This document shows, in pieces, positions 20,013 through 29,186 of a DNA stretch of 64,000 nucleotides. The stretch lies in assembly GCA_038065455.1 (NCBI GenBank), contig JBBTQX010000002.1:55035-119034 (forward strand), read 5' to 3'. Each line of letters begins with the position of its first letter. The first letter of the stretch is position 1. The position numbers were made by a program, and so were the translations under genes. A model generated the notes under the pieces. It did not search any database and was not told the DNA's origin. It saw only the letters and a program-made list of their open reading frames with translations. This stretch comes from Patescibacteria group bacterium (GTDB taxonomy: Bacteria; Patescibacteriota; Minisyncoccia; UBA6257; GWB1-50-10).

Positions 20013-20132
20013 TTACACGATTTCTTTCTGATAGCACTCCTCGCAAGCGATACGTTCATACCCCCATTCAGGCAGAATATAAGTCGTGATTTCTTTCTTG
20101 CAGTGTTCGCAAATTATTTCTTTTCAATCCAT
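20013..20132 (-). pseudogene. Zinc-ribbon (CxxC-x18-CxxC) gene fragment
   Basis: MD*KEIICEHCKKEITTYILPEWGYERIACEECYQKEIV*; TGA at codon 3. Confidence 0.5.
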
Positions 20133-20164
20133 ATATTTATATTATCTCCTTAAGATAACACGCC

Positions 20165-20521
20165 TTACATCGGAATTTTCTGTATTTCAAAGATTAATAG
20201 GCCCTTGACCACCAAAGCGGAAAGTTCCCGGGAAACCTTGCGAGCGGTGGCGAACAAAATTACCTTTTTGCCTGCGCTTATCAATTTTTGAATTGGGTCG
20301 GCAAAATCGCTATCTCCGCTTCATAGTACGAACGTTTCCGCGCTGTTTCTTTCACAATCAATGAGCATGTCAACGCCAATTTCCACGTCAAAATTGCATT
20401 TCATGTCCTGAATGAAATAATCCTTTTTCTTATTCATATCCTTCTCCAGGGTCGCCGTTTGGGACTCATAACCTATTGAACGGATATTTGATGATGAAAT
20501 TAATATTCTTTGCATGAACAT
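20165..20521 (-). pseudogene. Chimeric relic: KTSC N-terminus fused to NYN-domain C-terminus with internal stop
   Basis: SSSNIRSIGY (KTSC-like), then KCNFDVEIGVDM...FVL*SGDSDFADPIQKL (NYN motif, TGA where Trp is expected). Confidence 0.7.
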
Positions 20522-20593
20522 TTACGATTACTTGGATTATGCGAGATTTTCTTCAAAAAATAACCCGCTCGCGGGTTATTTTATTTTTCCGTC

Positions 20594-20788
20594 TTAACCG
20601 TTATCTCCGTCGCCGTCCTTCGAAGTTTCTTCGAATTCCAGTTCGGGTTCGGAAACTTTTTCATTTGTTTTTTTACCCTTTAAAATCATTCGGGAACAGT
20701 GAGCAATCCACATCCCTTTTATGATTCGATAAATCATAAAAATGGCTGCTATCGCGATTACGATGACCCACCATCGAAGGCTCATCAT
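20594..20788 (-). CDS. Small membrane protein
   Basis: N-terminal TM, acidic tail, followed by terminator hairpin near 20557-20590. Confidence 0.55.
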   Translation of the reverse strand: MMSLRWWVIVIAIAAIFMIYRIIKGMWIAHCSRMILKGKKTNEKVSEPELEFEETSKDGDGDNG

Positions 20789-20822
20789 TTTCTGGAATTA
20801 TACCATAGCTGATGCGTGTTCG

Positions 20823-21128
20823 TCAACCGATTATTCCCGACATCCATTCCTTATAGACCCGGTTTATCCGCTTTACGTCTATCGCGGCCACAATCGGGGT
20901 GGAATACGAGTGGTTCTCGTGAATCATATCCTCTATATCCTGAATCTTGGATTCATTCGTCTTGATGATAAGAGCGTACTCGTTTTCGCACTTCATCGCG
21001 CCCTCCCAGATATAGCAGGATTCAATCGGCCACATATTGACGCAGGCGGCCACTTTCCTTTCCACTATCAATTTGGAGAGTTTGCGCGCTTCTTCGATAT
21101 CTCGGCAGGTGGAGTAAATAAAAACCAT
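20823..21128 (-). CDS. cutA: Divalent-cation tolerance protein CutA
   Basis: AACVN, S.Y.WEG, HSYSTP, Y.EW. Confidence 0.92.
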   Translation of the reverse strand: MVFIYSTCRDIEEARKLSKLIVERKVAACVNMWPIESCYIWEGAMKCENEYALIIKTNESKIQDIEDMIHENHSYSTPIVAAIDVKRINRVYKEWMSGIIG

Positions 21129-21151
21129 ATATTTAATTATACTCCTTTTTT

Positions 21152-22606
21152 CTATATCAAAGGCTCCGGCGTGTCGTCCTTCTTGGCGGCCGCTCCGCCT
21201 CCGGAATTTCCCGTAATGGCCGCCTTTTCCTGGGCACTCCGGAAGATGCCTGCCTCCTCCTCGGCGAGAAGTTTCTTGGCCGCGTCGGCCAGAATGGTGT
21301 ATTTCGCCCGCGAAGCTTTAATAATTTTTTCTTTGAATGAGCTGTGGGGCGGCGGAAGAATCTTGAGCGTTTCGGCGGAGAAGGGGTCATAGGTCTCGCC
21401 ATCAATCGTCATTTTTATGTAAAATTCTTGCATCCCGAGATTGATCATATCCTTGGATTTGAATATCGGGGTCATTTCGGATTCCAATCGCGCGGCATCT
21501 TCGCCGCCCACTCGAAAAACGATAATACTCCCCGTATTACCCAAAACCGCCGCCTGAATCTGCGGAATCAATTGTTGCATATATTGATGCGCCACCGTAA
21601 GACAAAGACCGTACTTCCGTGCTTCGGAAAGTAGATTCTCGAAAGTTTCCGTCACGAGGCTATGGAACTCATCTATATAAAGATAGAAATCGTGCCGCTT
21701 GGATTCGGCCAGGGACGCCCGAGCCATGCCGGCCTGTTTTATTTTTGTAACGAACATCGAGCCGAAGAAACTGGAATTCTCCTCGCCCAGCTTTCCTTTT
21801 GAGAGATTGATGAGAATTATTTTCTTCTGATTCATCAGTTCTTCCAAGTTTATTTTATTCTCCTTCTGGCCGAAGATGTTCCGGAGGAGCGGATTAGAAA
21901 GAAACTGGCCGAGCTTGTTCACCAAAGGAATAATGGCATCGGTATCGAACTTCTCCGACCAGTCGGCGAACTCAATCGCCCAAAAGCGCTTGACCATATC
22001 GTCTTCGATGTACTCCACCACTTTCTGGCGGTAATTGCGGTCGTTCAAAAGCGAGATCATTCCACGCATGGTGGCGTAGGGATAGTCCAGCAGCGCAAGA
22101 CAGGTGAAGCGGAAAACGTGCTCCAGCCGTGGCGTCCAATTCGCGCCGAATTGTTTTTCCATCACCTCAATAAGGCCTTGGGTGAGCTGATGTTTGAAAG
22201 ATGGATCGATATTGGCGAGTGGATTGAATGAAACCGGGTATTCCGCGTCCGATGGGTCGATGATGCAGACGTCGTCGACGCGGTTTTCCGGAATGGCATC
22301 AAGAATTGCGTCAATCACGTCGCCGTGCGGGTCCATCAGGCACAATCCATAACCGTAGGCGATATCCTGACGGATTAGAAGCTCCAAAAGTTTGGACTTA
22401 CCCACGCCGCTCTTGCCGACTATGTAGATATGGCGCCGGCGATCCACCCGCTTAATGCCGAAAACGAAGCGCTTTTCCTCGAGGGCCGCGATGTAGTTCG
22501 TACGCCCGATATAGGAAATTTCACTCGCGTCGGCCCTGCCGTAGACCGGGAGTTCCGGCGGCGGCGGGGCATACTTGATTATTTGAAGCTTTCCGGCTTT
22601 TGGCAT
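21152..22606 (-). CDS. Second TraD/TrwB/VirD4-like ATPase
   Basis: GKSGVGKS, MDPHGD, YIDEFH, EARKYGL; paralog of 18138-19988. Confidence 0.88.
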   Translation of the reverse strand: MPKAGKLQIIKYAPPPPELPVYGRADASEISYIGRTNYIAALEEKRFVFGIKRVDRRRHIYIVGKSGVGKSKLLELLIRQDIAYGYGLCLMDPHGDVIDAILDAIPENRVDDVCIIDPSDAEYPVSFNPLANIDPSFKHQLTQGLIEVMEKQFGANWTPRLEHVFRFTCLALLDYPYATMRGMISLLNDRNYRQKVVEYIEDDMVKRFWAIEFADWSEKFDTDAIIPLVNKLGQFLSNPLLRNIFGQKENKINLEELMNQKKIILINLSKGKLGEENSSFFGSMFVTKIKQAGMARASLAESKRHDFYLYIDEFHSLVTETFENLLSEARKYGLCLTVAHQYMQQLIPQIQAAVLGNTGSIIVFRVGGEDAARLESEMTPIFKSKDMINLGMQEFYIKMTIDGETYDPFSAETLKILPPPHSSFKEKIIKASRAKYTILADAAKKLLAEEEAGIFRSAQEKAAITGNSGGGAAAKKDDTPEPLI

Positions 22607-22609
22607 TTA

Positions 22610-22921
22610 CCAGGCAGTAGAAATTCGACTATTTGTGGTTTTTATCATAAAAGTATTCTTTGAGCATGCGCTTTAGCAATCTGGCACCTTGGCTCGTCTT
22701 CAGATATTGCTCTCTTCTTGTTGCGTCCCTTGAATTCAAGTATGCCTCATAGTGTATCAATATCCAAGGTGCTTTTTTCTGGTTGAATAGCTCTTTTTGC
22801 GATTATGTTCTTTGAATCTTCTCTTTAAATCATTGGTATAGCCTATATACAACGAATTGTCTTTTAGACTCCGGAGAATGTAGATATAGAACATAATCGC
22901 GGTCGAATTTTCACTGCCTGG
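22610..22921 (-). mobile_element. TIR element copy 2 carrying a GIY-YIG nuclease gene
   Basis: CCAGGCAGTAGAAATTCGAC (22610-22629) ... GTCGAATTTTCACTGCCTGG (22902-22921). Confidence 0.75.
22629..22894 (-). pseudogene. GIY-YIG endonuclease (88 aa if -1 frameshifted); pseudogene or programmed frameshift
   Basis: MFYIYILRSLKDNSLYIGYTNDLKRRFKEHN...RKK then, in the -1 frame, APWILIHYEAYLNSRDATRREQYLKTSQG...; shift at A_AAA_AAG 22778-22772. Confidence 0.85.
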
Positions 22922-22927
22922 TGAAGT

Positions 22928-23443
22928 TTATTTTAAAGCGCCGATTTCTTTCAGGAACGATTCGAATATATTCAGTATTTCTTTCGCTTCGCTTTCTTTT
23001 ATTTCAAAGCCGGCCGTGTGCACCAAATCGTTTCGGATGCGATGGGCCCGCCAAAGATTTTCCAAGGTTTTCAGTTCCTTCGGGTTGAGCTTCTGGAGCT
23101 TGTCGGCGATATGCTCCCCTTCCAAACCCAGATCGTCGAGCGCTTCGCCCACCAGATTGTCAGCCGCCATTATCGCGAGCGTAAAAGAATGAGGCGGAGC
23201 GGAATGGGCCTTTTCCAATATCTTTTCCCAAACCTTCGCGTATCTTTCCGTATCGAATTCGCTTTGGGCGGCTTCCGTTCCTTCTTCTTTTTTCTTTCTC
23301 AGCGAACTGATTAAATCGGGGCGGTATTTGAGCGCCTTACGAAGTACAATAAAAAAACCAACCAGAAAAACGACGTCCAAAATAATGAATATGGTGCGAG
23401 CGGTGTAATAAAATCCCTCCAATTTTCCGAAAAAATCAGCCAT
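22928..23443 (-). CDS. Membrane-anchored hypothetical protein
   Basis: N-terminal TM; AH.IRNDLVH (RxxxxH, HEPN-like) motif. Confidence 0.75.
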   Translation of the reverse strand: MADFFGKLEGFYYTARTIFIILDVVFLVGFFIVLRKALKYRPDLISSLRKKKEEGTEAAQSEFDTERYAKVWEKILEKAHSAPPHSFTLAIMAADNLVGEALDDLGLEGEHIADKLQKLNPKELKTLENLWRAHRIRNDLVHTAGFEIKESEAKEILNIFESFLKEIGALK

Positions 23444-24862
23444 TTATTTGTATCTTTCCAATTCTTCTTCTTCCCCGAAAATTGGTAATCCCGAAGGCGG
23501 ACCAGCCCGCTTGCTCTCAAGATGTTTCAAATGGGGTTCGGTAAGCACAGTTGAAGTCGGAATATGGAAAAGCGTAGCGAGGCACTTCGTATTCATAATG
23601 AAACGCTTGGAAGTAGTATTCCAATTAAAAAGATAGGAGGTGAGCATTCTGCCGATGAGCGTTTCGACCGGTACTTCGCGCTTCCGGTAATTTAAAAGCA
23701 TCCTGGCTTTTCGGAACTCAAGCCGGGTACCGGGGAAAACGTAGGGTTTTTTCCAAATCATTGTTCTGGTGGCCACTCCATTATTTTGGCCGAAAGAATT
23801 CATATCCAAGTTGGAATATTGATTGAAAGCGCCCACGATACCTTTGCGGGGAAAATTATCGGAAAAGGTTTTTTTATTCGAGAAGTATACAAAACGTATC
23901 AAGGTGTTGAAGGCGGGCTTCGAAAGATTTTCTTCCACGGCCTTCAAAACATCGGCTTGGCCGGGCGAACGCATCATAGCCATTTCATACTCTTCGTTTC
24001 CGCCCGTAGGCAATGCGCGACCCTTCACCTTCCTCGTTTGCGGCTCTCTTAATTTTTTTAAATCGTCCTCCCATTTATCGTCCCAATTCTCCGAGCCGGC
24101 CGGAGCGATAAGGAACTGAATGCCGACGATTTCCGTCTTCTTCAATTTTCCCAGAATTTCCAAAAAAGATGAAATAGGGTCAAAACTTTTTTCCTCGGCT
24201 TCGTTCTCAAAATCGGTGTAGGTTTTTATCGGATACATATCGTCTTTTTTGAGTGTCATTTCGGTGCCCCACATATCCAAGTCTTTTTCGTAAACCTCAT
24301 AAACCTTGTCGGGCAACTGGTCGACATAATCCGGCACCTCGACGATATCCAAGCCGGGATAATAAGAGAAGAAAGCCGCCTCTATCAAGTTTCTCAACTT
24401 GGCGTAACACCGAATATAGAGATGGATCTCGCCGCCGAAGCTGACCATTTCAAGCGAATACCATCGGGGCACTTCGCCGTCCCAATATTTTTCGCGAATA
24501 TCATCCGGCGCATTCCTTAAGGAATGGAATGCCGCTAAAACCTGCTCCATTGCCTGAGAACTCTTTTCGATGAGGCGAGGTATCCTAAGCTCGAGAAAAA
24601 CCCATTTAATATCAGTCTTAAATATCTCCTGGCGCCAATGAAGCCAGGTCTCGAGAAAAAGTCGGAAAATTACGATGAAAAACCATAGCCACCAAGTCCG
24701 TTTCAAAAAATCAATTACGACCGTGCCGAGAACGGAGGGAGCAACAAGGGGTACGACGAGCGCCCCGGCCGCGCCGGAAATGAAGAGTATCCACCAGGTC
24801 TCTTCTTTGCTGAACGCCTCTTCGAGAAAAGAGCCGAGCTCCTTCAAAAAATTACCTAACAT
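23444..24862 (-). CDS. Conserved membrane protein associated with TraD-like ATPases
   Basis: Two N-terminal TMs, SLEMVS.GGEI, LATLFHIP; co-oriented with the ATPases. Confidence 0.78.
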   Translation of the reverse strand: MLGNFLKELGSFLEEAFSKEETWWILFISGAAGALVVPLVAPSVLGTVVIDFLKRTWWLWFFIVIFRLFLETWLHWRQEIFKTDIKWVFLELRIPRLIEKSSQAMEQVLAAFHSLRNAPDDIREKYWDGEVPRWYSLEMVSFGGEIHLYIRCYAKLRNLIEAAFFSYYPGLDIVEVPDYVDQLPDKVYEVYEKDLDMWGTEMTLKKDDMYPIKTYTDFENEAEEKSFDPISSFLEILGKLKKTEIVGIQFLIAPAGSENWDDKWEDDLKKLREPQTRKVKGRALPTGGNEEYEMAMMRSPGQADVLKAVEENLSKPAFNTLIRFVYFSNKKTFSDNFPRKGIVGAFNQYSNLDMNSFGQNNGVATRTMIWKKPYVFPGTRLEFRKARMLLNYRKREVPVETLIGRMLTSYLFNWNTTSKRFIMNTKCLATLFHIPTSTVLTEPHLKHLESKRAGPPSGLPIFGEEEELERYK

Positions 24863-24898
24863 TGATTTCTTTTTATTTTACCTTATTAGAGAAATAAC

Positions 24899-24933
24899 AA
24901 AAACCCCGCCAATCCATAGACTGGCGGGGTTTC
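24899..24933 (-). terminator. Intrinsic terminator
   Basis: AAACCCCGCCA/TGGCGGGGTTT hairpin with U-tract. Confidence 0.7.
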
Positions 24934-24944
24934 CGAACATTGGC

Positions 24945-25964
24945 TTAGGCCTCGCGAACCTGGTATTTACCGCTATCCAATCGCTTGAAATACCGGCGAT
25001 TTTGGAGATTAAGAAGAATGGTATTCTCCTTGAGAAGGCGCTGTTCGTTCACGAGACGCACCACCGTCGCGGATTCCAAAGAACCGTGTTTTTTCAGGAG
25101 CCGAGCGATGACCTCCCGCACCGTACCGGGTTCGTAGCCTTTTTCCTTCAGGGCATAAACGCCGCGCCCGACGAGAACGAAGCGATTGTCCTTGATGAGC
25201 TCGTTGTGCACTGTTTGAACGTGCGCCGGTTTCTTATCCAAACCGAACTTGTTGATATTCTTCGCGATATCCCCGAAATGAAGAGGCCGTTCGTGTTTCT
25301 TCAAAACCAGATAAACTTTGTCGCGGATCGTCTTAGGCTCGATCTCGGGCCATTCTTTCAAACCGAAATCGCCGAAGATGTTCGTGCCAAAATGTTTCGG
25401 GATGGAAAGAAGATGGGCGGAAACCAAATCTTTCATATGATTCAAATAAAGTTTCTTGTTTAAAATTTCTTCCTTCTTGCCGGACTTCAGGAAATTTGTG
25501 ACCGTCTTTATGAAATCATGGAATTTTTCTTTGGATTTTTCATCGGAGAACCAGAAGGCTTGCGCGTTGTCGTCGTTCTTCGAATAAGAGGGTACACCCG
25601 CCACGAGAAGAATGAAGCGCAGTTTCTGGTCGGCGTGCTTCACATCCGCTCCAATCTCAAGGCCGTGAATAAGGTCGTTCATAAAATTGTCGTCGCGCTT
25701 CACGCCGCCCACACCCGCCAGGTGCTTCCTGGCATAATCCAAAATGACCGCCGCTTCTTCTTTTACCTTCTTCGAAAGTTTTTTAATCGCCTGCTCCTCT
25801 ATCTGGCGCACCCGCTCGCGGGTGATTTTGAGTTCATCGCCGATGAATTGGAGTGTCGAGCGCTCGCCGGTCTTCAAACCGAAACGGCCGACAATCACCC
25901 GGCGCTGTTTGGGGCTGAAATCGGCGAGAAGATTATCTATTAATTGGTCGAGATTTTGTTTCAT
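24945..25964 (-). CDS. Sigma-70 region 4 HTH plus winged-helix domain protein
   Basis: RFGL...TLQ.IG.EL.ITRERVRQIE; C-terminal RFVLVGRGVYALKE. Confidence 0.85.
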   Translation of the reverse strand: MKQNLDQLIDNLLADFSPKQRRVIVGRFGLKTGERSTLQFIGDELKITRERVRQIEEQAIKKLSKKVKEEAAVILDYARKHLAGVGGVKRDDNFMNDLIHGLEIGADVKHADQKLRFILLVAGVPSYSKNDDNAQAFWFSDEKSKEKFHDFIKTVTNFLKSGKKEEILNKKLYLNHMKDLVSAHLLSIPKHFGTNIFGDFGLKEWPEIEPKTIRDKVYLVLKKHERPLHFGDIAKNINKFGLDKKPAHVQTVHNELIKDNRFVLVGRGVYALKEKGYEPGTVREVIARLLKKHGSLESATVVRLVNEQRLLKENTILLNLQNRRYFKRLDSGKYQVREA

Positions 25965-26008
25965 ATTTTAATGATGATAACGATAGCATAATGGTTTTAC
26001 GGTGTCAA

Positions 26009-26076
26009 CCAGGTAGTGAAAATTCGGCCGCTTCGCACAGTCTGCCTTTGGCAGAAGCCGAATTTCTACTACCTGG
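26009..26076. mobile_element. TIR element copy 3 (empty, 68 bp)
   Basis: CCAGGTAGTGAAAATTCGGC ... GCCGAATTTCTACTACCTGG. Confidence 0.75.
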
Positions 26077-26092
26077 TCAATCCCCCATCAGA

Positions 26093-26983
26093 CTATTTTT
26101 TCTGCCAAAGATACAACAGCGGGCTGGCCACGAATATGGAGGAATAGGTCCCGAAAACCGTTCCCACGAGAATAGTGAGAATGAAGAAGAATATGGAAGC
26201 CGGGCCGAAAATAAGCAGGGTCACGAGCACAATAACGAGTGTGAGCGTGGTGTTTATGGAACGGGCCATGGTTTCGTTCACGCTGAAATTAATGATTTCG
26301 CCCAAGTCGAATCTTTTGCCTCGATTCAAAGTCAGGTTCTCCCGAATGCGGTCGAAGACCACGATGGTGTCATGGACGGAAAAACCCATCACGACAAGCA
26401 GTGCCACGATGAAATTCGTGTCTATTTCAATTCCTTTCCAGTGTCCCAAAATGGCCAAAAGGCCGGCCGGGATACTCACGTCGTGCAGGAGTGTCAAAAG
26501 AGTTACGATACCATACTTCCAAGATTTGACCGGTTCCGAAACCTTTCGGAAAGCCCAAGCAATGAAAAGCGATATACCGAACATTACGAGCGCCACGGCC
26601 CAAATGGATTTATTTTTGAGTTCCGAACCGATAGCCGGACCGATCGAGGAGTAACTTTTTTCGGATACCTCGCCGAATTCTTTTGCGAGCTCTTCCTTAT
26701 AGTTCCGCCTCTGCTCTTCGCTCAAGCTCGGCAGGCGAACAAGGAAAGTTCCGTCATCGGAACTCTTCACGCTCACTGTACTTCCCTCTCCCGCCGTTTT
26801 TTGCAAAGCCTCCTTGATCGCCGTTTCGGTCACATCGCTCTTTCCAAAACTCATCTGCCATTCCGTGCCGCCTTTAAGGTCAATGCCGGGCCGGAGGCCG
26901 AAGATTATAATGAGCGCCCAAGCCGCGACAACCATAAGTCCAGAGAATCCTAAAAAGTAATTTTTATTCGCTATCAGATTCAT
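26093..26983 (-). CDS. secF: Protein translocase subunit SecF
   Basis: GIDLKGG, IGPAIG.EL, GFSVHDTIVVFDRIREN, GTYSSIFVA. Confidence 0.96.
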   Translation of the reverse strand: MNLIANKNYFLGFSGLMVVAAWALIIIFGLRPGIDLKGGTEWQMSFGKSDVTETAIKEALQKTAGEGSTVSVKSSDDGTFLVRLPSLSEEQRRNYKEELAKEFGEVSEKSYSSIGPAIGSELKNKSIWAVALVMFGISLFIAWAFRKVSEPVKSWKYGIVTLLTLLHDVSIPAGLLAILGHWKGIEIDTNFIVALLVVMGFSVHDTIVVFDRIRENLTLNRGKRFDLGEIINFSVNETMARSINTTLTLVIVLVTLLIFGPASIFFFILTILVGTVFGTYSSIFVASPLLYLWQKK

Positions 26984-27106
26984 CCCGTTAGAGATAGGAT
27001 ACGCTTAACAAGCGTATCCGTGATATTTTTGTTTGTTCGACTGATTTTGATTGTTTTGATTTTATGGAAGTCATATTATTTATACTTTGAAAATCTCTAA
27101 CGGGAT
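26982..27106. repeat. Inverted-repeat element between secD and secF
   Basis: ATCCCGTTAGAGAT (26982-26995) ... ATCTCTAACGGGAT (27093-27106), internal GGATACGCTT/AAGCGTATCC hairpin. Confidence 0.7.
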
Positions 27107-28386
27107 TCATTATCTTCAACAGATTTATTATCTTGACCAATAAATATCCGAAGCATTGTGCGCGTGATGGTAATAGCCGAGAACATACTGATCAAAACTC
27201 CGATTAAAAGTGTAAGAGCAAAACCGCGCACGAAACTCGAAGTGAAATAATAAAGGACGGTCGCTGTAATAATGGTCGAGATATTGGAATCCCGGATGGA
27301 GGTCCAAGCCCGTCGGAAACCCTCTTCAATGGCGGAATAGTGGGATAATCCCTTTTTAAGTTCTTCCTTCGTCCTTTCGAAAACGAGAATATTCGCGTCC
27401 ACCGCCATACCAATAGACAGAATGAAGCCAGCGATACCCGAAAGAGTCATCGTTATGGGAACGATTTTGAAGATTGCGAGCGTCAAAGCCACGTACATTA
27501 AAAGCGCGAAAGCGGCGAATACTCCCAAACCGCGGTAATAAATAATCATAAAAAGGAGGATCGCGAGCGTTCCGACAATGCCCGCGAAAACGGCCTTATC
27601 GAAGGCTTCCTTTCCGAAATCGGGGCTTACTGTCCGCTGATTCACGAGTGTAATCGGCGCGGGCAAAGCTCCCGCGTTGAATCTTTCCGCGAGCTGGCGA
27701 GCCGTATCGACGGTAAAATTTCCGCTGATTTGAGCCTTGCCGCCCGTGATTTTCTGCTGGACCGTCGGCATCTCAATCAATTGATTATCCAAAAATATAG
27801 CGAGCGGCTTTCCTACATTCTTTCCGGTCAGATCGGCGAAAATTTCCGCTCCTGCGCTCGAAAAAGTGAGGTCTACTTGGGGCTGGCGCGTCACGGAATC
27901 AAAACTTATCTGCGCGCTCACAACATAACGGCCATTCAATTCCGTTGGAATAAATTGAACAGTGGAACTCGCCTCAAGCGAACCCGTTGCGGGAGCGATT
28001 ACTTCGCGAAAATCCAAAAAAGGCGTAGCACCAATCTCTTTAATAGCCTCATCGATATCCTTTATTCCGGCCAACTCCACCGCCAGCCTGGTCGATTCTC
28101 CTGCTTTCTCGACGAAAACTCGCGGTTCGCTCACTCCGAATAAATTGACGCGCTTTTCGATGACATCCCTGAGACCACTGACCACCGAATCCCGATCGGC
28201 GAAACCGACTTTCGAGAGATCCACTTCATACGTCAAAAGACTGCCGCCGGCCAAATCCAGGCCGAAGTTCCAGGGCCGGAAGGAGCTTATTTTCTGCCAC
28301 AAGGGTTCGTAGGAAAAAACAGCGGCGAAGGCGGCTACCGCCACGAGAAGAATCAATACTGCTACCAGTCGCTTCTTGGAAATCAT
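27097..28386 (-). CDS. secD: Protein translocase subunit SecD
   Basis: GLDLAGG, RVNLFGVSEP, GMAVDANILVFER, DSNIST, VRGFALTL. Confidence 0.96.
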   Translation of the reverse strand: MISKKRLVAVLILLVAVAAFAAVFSYEPLWQKISSFRPWNFGLDLAGGSLLTYEVDLSKVGFADRDSVVSGLRDVIEKRVNLFGVSEPRVFVEKAGESTRLAVELAGIKDIDEAIKEIGATPFLDFREVIAPATGSLEASSTVQFIPTELNGRYVVSAQISFDSVTRQPQVDLTFSSAGAEIFADLTGKNVGKPLAIFLDNQLIEMPTVQQKITGGKAQISGNFTVDTARQLAERFNAGALPAPITLVNQRTVSPDFGKEAFDKAVFAGIVGTLAILLFMIIYYRGLGVFAAFALLMYVALTLAIFKIVPITMTLSGIAGFILSIGMAVDANILVFERTKEELKKGLSHYSAIEEGFRRAWTSIRDSNISTIITATVLYYFTSSFVRGFALTLLIGVLISMFSAITITRTMLRIFIGQDNKSVEDNESR

Positions 28387-28464
28387 TTCCCCAAAGTATA
28401 TAGCAAGCTCGTTTTCAAATCAAATAAAAAACCGAGTTATTGAAACTCGGTTTCGATAAATTAA

Positions 28465-28968
28465 TCACCCTCCAAAATTCCTCTTTCTTTTATAAGAGGG
28501 GAACTTATGGAAAGACGCTATGTGCGGTATATTTCCCATTTGTTCCTCCAATATATCCAGCATATCGAAGGAATCGAGATGTTGAAAGAAAGAAAATGTT
28601 TTTTCCGCTTCTCCAACGGCAAGTGGTAATCCTTCATCCATCACCATTAATAGTTCGGTTTTGTTTTTTTTCGAAGCCAGTTCCCTATCGATTTTTTCTT
28701 CCACTTCGGAAAAAAAATTATCCTGATCGGGAATATCGTCATCGGAAACATACCTGTGAGGATCGTGGCAAAAAACGAATTCATCGTCGTCAAAGTCAGG
28801 AATATTGAATTCCGAATTTGACGGAACAAGATTGCGAAGAGCCAGGCATTTCCGACCGGAGTTTTCGTTCGGCGGCCGCTTCAAGTTGATTTTTTCTTTT
28901 GCCAGCGAGAGCGTTTCTTTCGTCGGGAAGAAAACTTCTTTCGATACTACCAACATGGATTTTTCCAT
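28465..28968 (-). CDS. Hypothetical acidic protein
   Basis: ORF with GGAGG upstream of the MEKS start; terminator hairpin near 28426-28454. Confidence 0.55.
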   Translation of the reverse strand: MEKSMLVVSKEVFFPTKETLSLAKEKINLKRPPNENSGRKCLALRNLVPSNSEFNIPDFDDDEFVFCHDPHRYVSDDDIPDQDNFFSEVEEKIDRELASKKNKTELLMVMDEGLPLAVGEAEKTFSFFQHLDSFDMLDILEEQMGNIPHIASFHKFPSYKRKRNFGG

Positions 28969-29117
28969 GACATTTCCTCCTATTATTAGGGTTGGTTGAT
29001 AAGGGTGGATTATTGATTTTTTGTGGTACTCATTCAATTATACCCCCGAATTTTCAATAATATCAATTGGGTGTACTGGCTTTTATTTGAAAATATTGAC
29101 GAATTTCACCGGGTTCA

Positions 29118-29186
29118 CCAGGTAGTAGAAATGCGATCAGTTCGCTTTGCGAACTAAACTTGAATCATCGCATTTTCACTACCTGG
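29118..29186. mobile_element. TIR element copy 4 (empty, 69 bp)
   Basis: CCAGGTAGTAGAAATGCGAT ... ATCGCATTTTCACTACCTGG; supplies the stop codon of the M23 gene. Confidence 0.75.

Noticed and set aside
20013-20521. TGA recoding (genetic code 4 or 25) suggested by two in-frame TGAs
   Set aside because: TGA terminates intact genes here (e.g. 131-133, 17182-17184, 55549-55551) and long genes are open under code 11; relics are the simpler explanation.
26988-27074. 28-codon ORF inside the secD-secF insert
   Set aside because: Low complexity, not coupled to secF, no supporting motif.
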